From Gemmatimonadota bacterium (GTDB lineage Bacteria > Gemmatimonadota > Gemmatimonadetes > Palauibacterales > Palauibacteraceae): a DNA stretch of 64,000 nt. Location: the NCBI GenBank assembly GCA_965116475.1, contig OZ220691.1:3520001-3584000 (forward strand), read 5' to 3'. The position numbers were made by a program, and so were the translations under genes. A model generated the notes under the pieces. That model was given only the letters and a program-made list of their open reading frames with translations, had not been told where the DNA came from and ran no database searches. Of the stretch, positions 10,917 through 19,400 are shown piece after piece (the first letter of the stretch is position 1; the number at the start of each line of letters is the position of its first letter).

Positions 10917-11423
10917 GTGTCCGTGAGATCGCCCCTCCAAGACCCTGGGTCTTTCCGTTCATGGATTCAGGAGATGATCGAGGTGACCGGATTGGAGTGG
11001 GAGCCGAAAACGGTCCATGTCGTTCTCGCAGACCTTCCCTTGATCGCGAAGGCGACGTACTTCAACGCGTGGTTGGCGGGCCAGTTCTTCCGCGAAGATG
11101 ATGTGGGGTGGCTCTCGTCGGTGATCAGCGACATCGACCTGGAGTGGTGGCCGTTCGAGGAGAACGACCTTGGCGTTCTCCGACACCAGATCGAAAGCCA
11201 CTACAACGGCCAGTTTCCGCAAATCATGAGTGCTGCGCACGCGGAATGGACTACGTTCGCCGCCGATGTCCGCATGGCCTTCATCGCCTGCTTCACTGAC
11301 CACGGCTGCCGACGTTGCCCACCTTGGTGCCAAGCTCTCCGAGACGAGCTGGAGGCACGTGCGAACCCCAGCAAAGAACCCAATGACTCGGAGGGTGAGC
11401 CGGAAGCGCCGGCCTCTGGATAA
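10917..11423 (+). CDS. Hypothetical protein (element cargo)
   Basis: 168-aa ORF convergent with the structural operon; non-shadow composition; no recognisable motif. Confidence 0.6.
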   Translation: MSVRSPLQDPGSFRSWIQEMIEVTGLEWEPKTVHVVLADLPLIAKATYFNAWLAGQFFREDDVGWLSSVISDIDLEWWPFEENDLGVLRHQIESHYNGQFPQIMSAAHAEWTTFAADVRMAFIACFTDHGCRRCPPWCQALRDELEARANPSKEPNDSEGEPEAPASG

Positions 11424-11427
11424 GGAT

Positions 11428-11838
11428 CTACCCGCGCTTTCGCTGCCGGTCTTCGAGGGCAACCTCAGGATTGAGCCGGCGGCGGTCGATCCCGGCGAAA
11501 GGCCGGGTCTCTCCCGGCTGACGCTGGATGGCCAGCCACAGATCCGCCGCAGCGCGCCCGTACTTCTTCTCCAACCGCCCGCGCTTCAGCGCCAGCCTGG
11601 AGGCCTCCCGGCAGCGAGCGCAGAGACTGAAGTCCGCATCCTCGCGTTCCCGACCGCACCGGCACAGGCCGGCGGCACGGCGTGCTGCGTGGCTCTCGGC
11701 GATCGTGCCTCGATACGTTTCCCGGCAGGTCTTGCAGTAGATCCCGTGGGTGGCCGGAGCGCCGCCGCAGTTCGCACACAACCCATCGCGTTTCCAGCTG
11801 CGTCTCTTGTCCCGCACCCAGTCTGCGGCGTAGCTCAC
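11428..11838 (-). CDS. Cys-rich putative zinc-binding phage protein
   Basis: GTGA overlap with upstream gene; GLCANCG...YCKTC and GLCRCG...LCARC repeats. Confidence 0.7.
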   Translation of the reverse strand: MSYAADWVRDKRRSWKRDGLCANCGGAPATHGIYCKTCRETYRGTIAESHAARRAAGLCRCGREREDADFSLCARCREASRLALKRGRLEKKYGRAAADLWLAIQRQPGETRPFAGIDRRRLNPEVALEDRQRKRG

Positions 11839-12188
11839 CTCGTGCGGGCTGCGAGCCTGGCGGCCTCGCTCTTCACGAGCGCGGTGGCGATGGCCTGACT
11901 GACGGCCTCCACGCCCTCGATGGATGGCTCCAGCCACTCGTACTTGCCCCCCAAGTGCTCGGCGACCTCGAGGAACAGGCCGGGGCGTTTGCCGGCTCCC
12001 ACGCGGGCCAACGTCGTGCTCACAACTTCGTAGGAGATCGAGCGGGCGGTCACACCCGTGTCCCTCGCGATCCGCCTGCGGGCGAACCTGACGACCTCCT
12101 CGGCCAGCTCCTCAACGATCTTCTCGGACATGCGGTCGAGCGCCCGATGGTGCTGCCGGAGGTTGGACTCGAACTTGACCGGCGTCAT
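11835..12188 (-). CDS. HK97 gp10-like neck/tail-completion protein
   Basis: ARRRIARDTGVTARSI...FLE...WLEPSI resembles the gp10 DTG.L..SI/F.E/.L.PA pattern; ATGA overlap. Confidence 0.6.
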   Translation of the reverse strand: MTPVKFESNLRQHHRALDRMSEKIVEELAEEVVRFARRRIARDTGVTARSISYEVVSTTLARVGAGKRPGLFLEVAEHLGGKYEWLEPSIEGVEAVSQAIATALVKSEAARLAARTR

Positions 12189-12619
12189 ATCCCCAGCCTC
12201 TCCCGGATCGCCGCCGCCGAGTAGACGCGCGACCGGAAGACGATCCCGGCGTAACGGTGGCGACCGGCGTCGGCGATGTCCCAGCCGCCGGCGAGGGTGC
12301 GCCACGGGCCGCTCTGCAGGTCGGAGGTTCCAAGGTGGAAGCCGCGGAAGAATCGCTGGATGGCCTCGCGGACTTGGGCGGCGTCTCCCGGATCCCGGAA
12401 GGTCTCGACGGTGACGGCGACGCGGGCCAAGTAGCCCGGACTTTGGTCGATGGTCTCGAGGTCGCGGGAGCCGCCATCCTCCACAATGACGCGGATCTCG
12501 TCGGAGGTCTTCTCGAGTGGGCGCGAGGGCTGGCCGACGATCACGGTCACCACGTAATCCCCCGAGAACGCGGAGTCCAAACCGTCCCGAATCGTGGCCA
12601 GCACCTCGGCCTCAATCAT
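12185..12619 (-). CDS. Putative tail-terminator-like protein
   Basis: 144 aa, position among neck genes, alpha/beta pattern; family call is inference. Confidence 0.45.
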   Translation of the reverse strand: MIEAEVLATIRDGLDSAFSGDYVVTVIVGQPSRPLEKTSDEIRVIVEDGGSRDLETIDQSPGYLARVAVTVETFRDPGDAAQVREAIQRFFRGFHLGTSDLQSGPWRTLAGGWDIADAGRHRYAGIVFRSRVYSAAAIRERLGI

Positions 12620-12956
12620 CGATCTCCAGCCAGACCCGCACCGTGCCGCCGCGCTGAGGCTCGGCCTCGACCACCTTCCAGATCCGATCTCCGGACTCGA
12701 GCGTCACGTCCTCGGCGGTGACGTCACCCGTCCAGTCGCTGGGCATGAGATGGGCGGAGGTCTTCGATCTGGTCTCGCCGCCCGGCTGGGCGTCCTCGAA
12801 GAAGCGCGCCGAGGTGACGATGGCGCGCGTCTCGCGTGCCTCCAGTAGCGTTCCGGACATCTCCCTACCCATGGCGTCCAGCGCACCGCGTTCGCGCCGC
12901 GTGAGGGTCGCGGGGACGCCCAGCGCCTCGATCAGCGCGGGAGCCGGGGCTCTCAT
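12612..12956 (-). CDS. Putative head-closure protein
   Basis: 114 aa, beta-rich; ATLTRR...DAMGRE...DRIWKVV pattern typical of stopper proteins; coupled to portal. Confidence 0.55.
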   Translation of the reverse strand: MRAPAPALIEALGVPATLTRRERGALDAMGREMSGTLLEARETRAIVTSARFFEDAQPGGETRSKTSAHLMPSDWTGDVTAEDVTLESGDRIWKVVEAEPQRGGTVRVWLEIDD

Positions 12957-13984
12957 GCCAGTCCCGCCTTCTCCAGTGCCTCATCCAGAGACAGGCCGCT
13001 CTCGACGAACTGCTTCAGCGCGCGGCCTCGGGCGGCGAGATCGGACGCGGCGAGACCGCCGAAGGAGAACTCCAGCGAGGTCTCCAGCACGCGGGCGATC
13101 TCGTTCTGGACGCGCACTGCGACCGGCGCGACGCCGAGGAAGACGAACTGCCGGTAATCCTCCCTGCGCGTGGTCCCGTCTCCACCCGGCATCACGAGCG
13201 AAGCCGGGACGCCTGCGGCGCTGGCCACGGTCGAGATCGCATCGCGCCTCAGCGCGATCAGCGAGTCCGGAGGGTTCGCGCCCAGCCTGGCTGGCACGAG
13301 ATCGCGCCGTGGCGCTGAACCCGCGTCGCCCCAGCCGCCAGCTACGGTCTCCGTGAGGACGGTGCTCCCCTTGGCGTCTCGGATGTCGTCTCTGAGCGTG
13401 TCGAGATCGCTTGTCTCCGGTCCCTGCGGAACCGGGAGGAGATGGGCCGCCACGCCGCCGGCTTCTTGGCCCAGCCGCATCTCGAGGGCCGAGAGGAGAT
13501 CTCCCGAGAGACCGGCCAAGGGCGACAGGCTGCGCCACGGCTCGGCTGCTCGCGGTGCCCACATGAGGTGGATGACCGAGTCGCGAGGCATCCATCGCGT
13601 CTGGATCTTCGACGGGGCGGACGTGGTGACGTGGTACCGCCACGACGCGGGAGACGGGCCGCCCCAGACCGTCCAACTGCTCGCCACCGACAGCATCGGC
13701 GGGACGTCGAAGGCCAGGACGATCTCTCCCTGCAGGATGAGCTCCCGGCCGACGAGATCCAGCACCTCGGGCGTCACCAGCATCTTGGCGAGTTCGTCGC
13801 CCTCGACCTCGGCCGATGACAGCGCCCTCGCCCAGAGATCGCCGAGCGCCTGTGCGGTCCCGGTCTCGTTGACGCGACCTGCTGGGCTCTCGGAGCCGGA
13901 CGCCGACGCGGCGATCAGAGAGACCAGCGCATCGGTGTACGAACTCCGAACTTCCGCCGTCTTCCGCTGCCACGGGAGCCTCAT
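12953..13984 (-). CDS. Phage portal protein
   Basis: 343 aa; ELILQGEI, DSVIHL, WRSLSPL, VASAAGVPASLV resemble HK97-type portal motifs. Confidence 0.8.
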   Translation of the reverse strand: MRLPWQRKTAEVRSSYTDALVSLIAASASGSESPAGRVNETGTAQALGDLWARALSSAEVEGDELAKMLVTPEVLDLVGRELILQGEIVLAFDVPPMLSVASSWTVWGGPSPASWRYHVTTSAPSKIQTRWMPRDSVIHLMWAPRAAEPWRSLSPLAGLSGDLLSALEMRLGQEAGGVAAHLLPVPQGPETSDLDTLRDDIRDAKGSTVLTETVAGGWGDAGSAPRRDLVPARLGANPPDSLIALRRDAISTVASAAGVPASLVMPGGDGTTRREDYRQFVFLGVAPVAVRVQNEIARVLETSLEFSFGGLAASDLAARGRALKQFVESGLSLDEALEKAGLA

Positions 13985-14286
13985 AGCGCGAGACCTCGGC
14001 GCTTGACCCACTGAGACAGCAAAGACGCCGCGCCAGACGCTCGCAGGGCAGCTCTGGAGGCCGCGACGTACTCGGTCTCCACGTCACCCACCCGGACGCG
14101 CCTGGCGGCCGCTGGGGCGTCTCTTAGGTACGCCGCCACCCGGATCGCGGCTTCGTTCTCCACCGCCGCAGGCGGTTCTCCCTCGCCGGTGTGTTTCTCG
14201 ACAAGACCGGCGGCGACCTCGGCAAGACGCGTTGCGTTGTCACCTCCCCCGAGGGCCGAGGCCACCACCGATCGCTCTACAGCCAT
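13981..14286 (-). CDS. Head-tail connector (gp6-like)
   Basis: 101 aa, helical; A.GLVEKHT...PAAVENEAAIRVAAYL...AASLLSQW; AGGAGG RBS. Confidence 0.7.
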   Translation of the reverse strand: MAVERSVVASALGGGDNATRLAEVAAGLVEKHTGEGEPPAAVENEAAIRVAAYLRDAPAAARRVRVGDVETEYVAASRAALRASGAASLLSQWVKRRGLAL

Positions 14287-15215
14287 ATGCGCCTCCTGCG
14301 GCGGGCCGGGCGCGTGATCTCCAGCGGAGCGAGTTCTCCCGTTTCGCCGGTCACCAGCGCCAGCTCGATTGCGCGGACGTCCATCTCGGAGACGTCGTAG
14401 AGGTCTCCCGCGACCTCGGCCACCGAGGTCTCCTCCGGTGCCCACGGGCGCACGCTCCAGAATCCCGTCTCGGAGGAATCGAGGAAGGCGCGTCCGGCGT
14501 CGTTGTCGGTGATCTGGTCGATCTCGATCCGGAGTTCATCGTCGAGAACCCGGAGCCTCAGTCCGGCACCGGTGGCGGCGACCGGCTCGGAGAATCTTCC
14601 AGACATGAACGCCGTGATCGTCCGCCGTCCCTCGGCTGCCTCGCGGAGCGCTTTGTCCAGCGCCTTCCGCCCGATGCGGATCCGCGCACAGCCGGTCTTG
14701 CACCTGCACGGCAGCTGGCGGCCCAGCGGCACCCGACCGGAGACCCGCGTCCCGCCGATCGTGCGCCGGCGCAGCTCCACCCGGTTCGGAAACACCGGCG
14801 AATCCACCAATCCCAGACCGAGGAGACGTCCGCGCTCGATGACGCGGACTCCGCCCTCGGTCTGCTCGCTCAGCGCATCGAACTCGAGACTCGTGCCCGT
14901 GAGCTTCCCGGCGGCCACCAGCGCTCGGATCTCGGGCGTGATCTGCGCGCGGAACTCCATGCCGCCGGCGGTGGTGTCCCGGAACCGGAGAGAGCCCTCT
15001 GGGTGGAAGCTGGAGTCGATCCCATGTCGGAAGTCGTGCTGGACGTTCAAGAGGACGCGCACCTCGGACGCTGGCCCGAACGCGCCGGGCTCGAACCGCT
15101 CCCCAAGGCCGTGCGGCGTGTTCGCGGGCGGGGCGGTGATCCCGGGATCGAACACCATCCCGGAGATCTCGCCGGCGTCCGCGCTCAGCCCGGAGACGAA
15201 ACGGAACTCGCTCAC
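14277..15215 (-). CDS. HK97-family prohead protease with a second degenerate protease-like domain
   Basis: ERFEPGAF, LNVQHD (His), GTSLEF (Ser), LGLVDSPVF. Confidence 0.75.
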   Translation of the reverse strand: MSEFRFVSGLSADAGEISGMVFDPGITAPPANTPHGLGERFEPGAFGPASEVRVLLNVQHDFRHGIDSSFHPEGSLRFRDTTAGGMEFRAQITPEIRALVAAGKLTGTSLEFDALSEQTEGGVRVIERGRLLGLGLVDSPVFPNRVELRRRTIGGTRVSGRVPLGRQLPCRCKTGCARIRIGRKALDKALREAAEGRRTITAFMSGRFSEPVAATGAGLRLRVLDDELRIEIDQITDNDAGRAFLDSSETGFWSVRPWAPEETSVAEVAGDLYDVSEMDVRAIELALVTGETGELAPLEITRPARRRRRIWL

Positions 15216-15454
15216 CAGAGGGCGAGGATCGTGGCCGTCGAGGAGGCGCGCACCGCCGAGACGGCGACCGGAATCACCATGATCGACGCCGTCACTGTGA
15301 GCGCCGGCGCGTCCGCATCATCGTCCGGCAACCGGATCGTCAGATCGCCGTCGCTGAGGACGATGAACGCCCGCGCCGGGGGATCGAACACGCTCTCCTG
15401 CCCGGCGACGGTCGCCTCGCTCGCCTGCGCCGAGTAGATGGCCCAACGGCTCAA
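15212..15454 (-). CDS. Putative capsid spike-base/decoration protein (RcGTA Rcc01079-like)
   Basis: 80 aa; RAFIVLSDGDLTIR...IPVAVSAVRASSTATILALW; TTG overlaps capsid stop. Confidence 0.6.
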   Translation of the reverse strand: MSRWAIYSAQASEATVAGQESVFDPPARAFIVLSDGDLTIRLPDDDADAPALTVTASIMVIPVAVSAVRASSTATILALW

Positions 15455-16692
15455 GTGACGAACTTCAGCCTGGCGAAGTTGGACGCCCGCGGGAGCTTGA
15501 ATCCCCAGCTGTACTGCAACGTCAGCGAGATCTCATCCGAGGCTGCCTTGGTGTATGGATCTCGAATCAGCCGGCCCTCCCGCCAGACGCACGCGACGCC
15601 GGCGTTCACGATCCCGCGCTTGCGTCCGATGAAAGCGCCGAACTTGCCGTTCGATGTGGCCGTCTCGATGTCGCCGCGCACCATCCAACTGAGGCCGTTC
15701 GCCATCAGGAATTGCCTCAGCGTCATGTTGTCGGCGGCCGAGTTGATGACGGTGGAGTGCCACAACGTGTTCGCGCCGACGGAGGCCACGATCGCCAGAT
15801 CTCCGGGGCTGGCGGCGTGCTTTCCGTCGATCAGCTCGGCGAACTTCACCAGCGTCTCCGGCCCCTTGATCTTGTCCGCCTGCTTGATCGTCTTCTCGAC
15901 CATGTCGGCGGCGGTCTGGAGACCGGTGATGTCGGCGGCGTTCTCGTTCGCCCCGTCGTCTCCCAGGAAGACCGCGCGGTCGATCCCCTCGGCCATCGCC
16001 ATCCGCAGATCGCGCCGGAGCGCCTGCTCGAGGCCGGGGATCCTGTCCGCGTCGACGCCGTTGAACACGGCGCGTGCGCGGTTGCCGGTCGGCTTGATCT
16101 CGGTGACGCCGATCGTCCACGCGGCGTCTGCCGCGTCCTCGGCCCGGCCGCGCTGCGCCGCCGAGGCCCCCGCCGTCGTGACCGGGTAGCTCGCGATCCC
16201 CGGCGCGCAGGAGGCGAACGTCACGCCCAGATGCATCGCGGCGGTGTCAGCGAACAGCCGGTCGATCCATGGGCGCTGGACGACCGTCGACTCGGCGTCC
16301 GTCGAGGCGCGAACCTCGGCTGGCGTCGGCTCGTCGAGAAGGAGCTCCAGCGGGAATGACCGGCGGCCCATGCCGAACGCGTCGTTCAGCTCGCCGGCGG
16401 CTCCGTCCACGCCGCGTCCGTCCATCGCGGCCTCGAAGTAGCCGCCCACGTCCACCCGGCGGCGAATGGCCCGGATCTCGGCCGCCTCGCCGTCCTCCAC
16501 TGTGGGCTCCGGCTCCTCGGCCTGCGCGGCGATCAGCGCCCGGCGCTTGGTCTCGACGGAGCGCAGCTCGGCGGTGAGCTTGTCCACCTCCTGCTGCTGC
16601 TCGTCGGAGAGATCTCCGGCGGTCTGGCCGAGATCGTTGAGTTGCTGCCGGAGCTCGGACGAACGGAGCTCGGCGCGTTGCAGATCGGTCAT
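15451..16692 (-). CDS. Major capsid protein, HK97 fold, with N-terminal coiled-coil scaffold domain
   Basis: 413 aa; helical N-terminal ~100 aa; LRRDLRMAMAEGIDRAVFLGDD, IRDPYT, NFARLK. Confidence 0.85.
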   Translation of the reverse strand: MTDLQRAELRSSELRQQLNDLGQTAGDLSDEQQQEVDKLTAELRSVETKRRALIAAQAEEPEPTVEDGEAAEIRAIRRRVDVGGYFEAAMDGRGVDGAAGELNDAFGMGRRSFPLELLLDEPTPAEVRASTDAESTVVQRPWIDRLFADTAAMHLGVTFASCAPGIASYPVTTAGASAAQRGRAEDAADAAWTIGVTEIKPTGNRARAVFNGVDADRIPGLEQALRRDLRMAMAEGIDRAVFLGDDGANENAADITGLQTAADMVEKTIKQADKIKGPETLVKFAELIDGKHAASPGDLAIVASVGANTLWHSTVINSAADNMTLRQFLMANGLSWMVRGDIETATSNGKFGAFIGRKRGIVNAGVACVWREGRLIRDPYTKAASDEISLTLQYSWGFKLPRASNFARLKFVT

Positions 16693-16810
16693 TCTCTCGT
16701 CCCTTCGCGCGGCCAGGCAGCCACGCTCCTTCCGGGACGAAGAAGGGCCGCCATAGCTCAGTTGGTGCGTTCTCCAATTCGCTAAGGCGACCCCGAAAGG
16801 TCTCCGCAAT

Positions 16811-17062
16811 TTAGGGTCCGGCCAGCTCCTCTACAAGCTGCCTCCAGCCGGCGTCTTCCTCCCGTCGGTGGCGGGCGAAATGGCACGAGACGCAGAGCGT
16901 CCGGAGGTTCGATGGATCGTCGGTGCCGCCGTCTCTCAGTGGCGTCTCGTGGTGGACCTCGAGCCGTCCTGGCTGGCCGCAGTCCCGGCAGCGGTGGCCG
17001 TCTCTCTGGAGGATCTTCCGGCGCAACTGAGCACCGGCGCGGCCTCTCAGACGACGGCGGAT
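16811..17062 (-). CDS. HNH endonuclease (gp74-like, packaging-associated); start uncertain
   Basis: RDGHRCRDCG...LEVHH...GGTDDPSNLRTLCVSCH. Confidence 0.85.
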   Translation of the reverse strand: MRRRLRGRAGAQLRRKILQRDGHRCRDCGQPGRLEVHHETPLRDGGTDDPSNLRTLCVSCHFARHRREEDAGWRQLVEELAGP

Positions 17063-18519
17063 CGAAGTCTCCGAGACGGACGGGACCGACGCCGATGCGC
17101 CTCGGCGACGCACAAGGCCAACGCCACGGCGAGATCGTCTCTGCGCCGGAGGGTGGTACGGCGGATCTTGGCGTTCCCGGCCTCGTCCGTAGCCGTCTTG
17201 GCGTTCGCCAGGCACACCCTCAGGGCGAGATTCGTTGGTGCGGCCAGCCAGTCTGCAGCGGCAAGCCGGAGGCGGCGCAGATCGTTCGCGCCGTCCTTGA
17301 AACCCATCCCGCGCAGCTTCAGCGGCACCGACTGACCGAGCGTGGCCAACGCCTCGCGGATCGAGGCCTCCCGCCACCGGTCGGCTACGATCATCGCCGG
17401 GACGCCCCACCGCTCGAACGCCTCGGTCAGCACACCCCCGACATCGACCTCGAACGTCCCGTGCAGGGACAGCTCCTTCCTGGCTCGCATCTTCTCATAC
17501 AGGGAGCCGACGTTGTGCTCCTTTCCGCGCCGCATGAGGTCTGGATCTCGCGGGAAGACCAGAAAGCCGTCCGCGGCTCCCGTGGCCGGCCAGCAGACGG
17601 CCGCGCCGGTGGCCTGCGTGGTGGAGAGATCGAGACCGAGCACCGGGCGACCCGAGCGCAGCGCAGTCCGTCCCTCGCAGCGCGTCCACGTCCCGGCGGA
17701 CAAGACCTGCTCCTCGGCTACGCCGATCCCGCCGAGGTTCAAGTGGAGCTGCAGGTATCTGGCCAGCGCCTCGGGACTCTCTCTGGCCAGCTTCGCCTGC
17801 TTCTTCACCTCGCGGGCGAGGTGCGGCCAGAACTTCATCGATGGATTCGCTCTGTGCATGGCCGCCGCGCGAAATGGATCCTCGTCTTCCTCGGCCGCGT
17901 AGCAGATCGCCCGCTCCTTCTGGAGTTCGGCCTCGAAGGGATGGCCGGAGCCTGCCGGCGGTCGCGTCCCGGTGTAGATGATCCGCGCCTCCATCTTGGC
18001 CTTCGCCGTGTCGAGCGCGGCGATCATCTCGTCCACCGTTGGCCAGCTCGTGACCTCGTCGCAGACGATGAGCGCGGGCCGCAGACCCATGGCGCGCTTC
18101 GGGTCGCTTCCGATGGCCAACACCCGGCGGCCCGTCTTGAGGTCTCGGATCTCCGAATGCTGGAGGCTGTCGGCGATCCTGTACCGCTTCCGGTCTCCCA
18201 GCTTCACTACCTGCTCCAGATACCGGCGGGTGTCTTGGTAGACGATCCGCGTCTGCCGGTGGCTCGCGGCGACGAGAATGATGTCGGAGCCCTTCGGGGC
18301 TAGCTCCAGAACGGGATCGAAGTACGCTCCCGCCACGATTGACGCCCAAGCGCTTTTTCCGTTGGCGCGGGCCATGCTCAGCGCGAAGTCGCCGGGAGTA
18401 TCGAGACGCTTCCACGCTTTTCTCTGCCACGGCATCGGCTGGAGCGCCCTCCCGGCCATCGGACCGTCCAGAACGGTCAGACCAGATGCCCACCGGGAAA
18501 CCTTCGTCGAGGTCAACAT
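17047..18519 (-). CDS. Terminase large subunit
   Basis: LQPMPWQ, Walker A ARANGKS, Walker B LIVCDE, RANPS, LGLDLS, DDLAVALAL. Confidence 0.9.
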   Translation of the reverse strand: MLTSTKVSRWASGLTVLDGPMAGRALQPMPWQRKAWKRLDTPGDFALSMARANGKSAWASIVAGAYFDPVLELAPKGSDIILVAASHRQTRIVYQDTRRYLEQVVKLGDRKRYRIADSLQHSEIRDLKTGRRVLAIGSDPKRAMGLRPALIVCDEVTSWPTVDEMIAALDTAKAKMEARIIYTGTRPPAGSGHPFEAELQKERAICYAAEEDEDPFRAAAMHRANPSMKFWPHLAREVKKQAKLARESPEALARYLQLHLNLGGIGVAEEQVLSAGTWTRCEGRTALRSGRPVLGLDLSTTQATGAAVCWPATGAADGFLVFPRDPDLMRRGKEHNVGSLYEKMRARKELSLHGTFEVDVGGVLTEAFERWGVPAMIVADRWREASIREALATLGQSVPLKLRGMGFKDGANDLRRLRLAAADWLAAPTNLALRVCLANAKTATDEAGNAKIRRTTLRRRDDLAVALALCVAEAHRRRSRPSRRLRSAVV

Positions 18520-18618
18520 ACCGGAGGCTCTGCTGCAGAAGCGTGACTACGCCAACGGTGTCCGGCGGTCACGGAGGGCTCCGAACAGGGGTCCCCGAGG
18601 AGCTGGGGCGGGCCACAT

Positions 18619-19065
18619 TCATTCGCCCGGCAGGCGCGGTACGTAGACGGCCCATAGCCACGGCGCTCCGTCACGGCGCGCGGCCGTCACGCGATGTCGT
18701 CCAAGCAGCACTTCAACCGGGCGCGAACTATCGTCGCCCAGGACGACGATCGGCGGGCCGTACTGACCACCGGACAGGTTCTGGAGCCGCTTCTCGTCCA
18801 AGCGCGATACGTCGAATTCCATGATGCGAGTCAGCGGTAGCCCTCTCCTTGGGAGCGTCTCCGACATCGCCTCCATGATCCGCGTCTTCGTGTTGGCGAC
18901 AGCCGCCGCCACGTCCGGCCAGTCTTCAGCGGTAGTGTCTTGCTCTTCGAGGAACCACCGCTCCAACCGGCGAAACCAACGGAGCAATTCGTCGGCTTCG
19001 CAGTCTTCACCTTGCAGCCGGTTCTCCACTTGGTCCCGGTATCGGAGGATGCTGGTATTGGACAT
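18619..19065 (-). CDS. Protein with C-terminal ParB/Srx-like domain
   Basis: PPIVV...VLLGRHRVTAARRDG resembles the ParBc G.HR..A motif. Confidence 0.65.
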   Translation of the reverse strand: MSNTSILRYRDQVENRLQGEDCEADELLRWFRRLERWFLEEQDTTAEDWPDVAAAVANTKTRIMEAMSETLPRRGLPLTRIMEFDVSRLDEKRLQNLSGGQYGPPIVVLGDDSSRPVEVLLGRHRVTAARRDGAPWLWAVYVPRLPGE

Positions 19066-19400
19066 CACCCCAGACCGTACTCGTCCCACGCATGGACGAT
19101 CTCGAAGAGCGCACCGATCTCAGACTTCGTGAGCGCCCGGAGGTCGTCCAATCCACCGTCACCTTCGACCGACTTTGGTATCAGACGCCCGAGTTCGCCC
19201 GCCCACTCCAGCAGCTGCGCGACCGACACGCCGTGCCGTTCACAGCGCCCGTACACGTAGTACACCTGCTTCTCGGTTGGTGACTCCGGGTGCAACGCAT
19301 TCTTCGCGATGATCGTCTTATCTGTGGACTCTACCGCATCCCGCCAGCTCCCTGTGGGCTGCCCAGAGCTGCCGTTGTCTCCCTCACGTGTCCCTGTCAT
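19065..19400 (-). CDS. Hypothetical phage protein (111 aa)
   Basis: GAGGAG RBS before ATG; stop overlaps the next start. Confidence 0.6.
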   Translation of the reverse strand: MTGTREGDNGSSGQPTGSWRDAVESTDKTIIAKNALHPESPTEKQVYYVYGRCERHGVSVAQLLEWAGELGRLIPKSVEGDGGLDDLRALTKSEIGALFEIVHAWDEYGLG

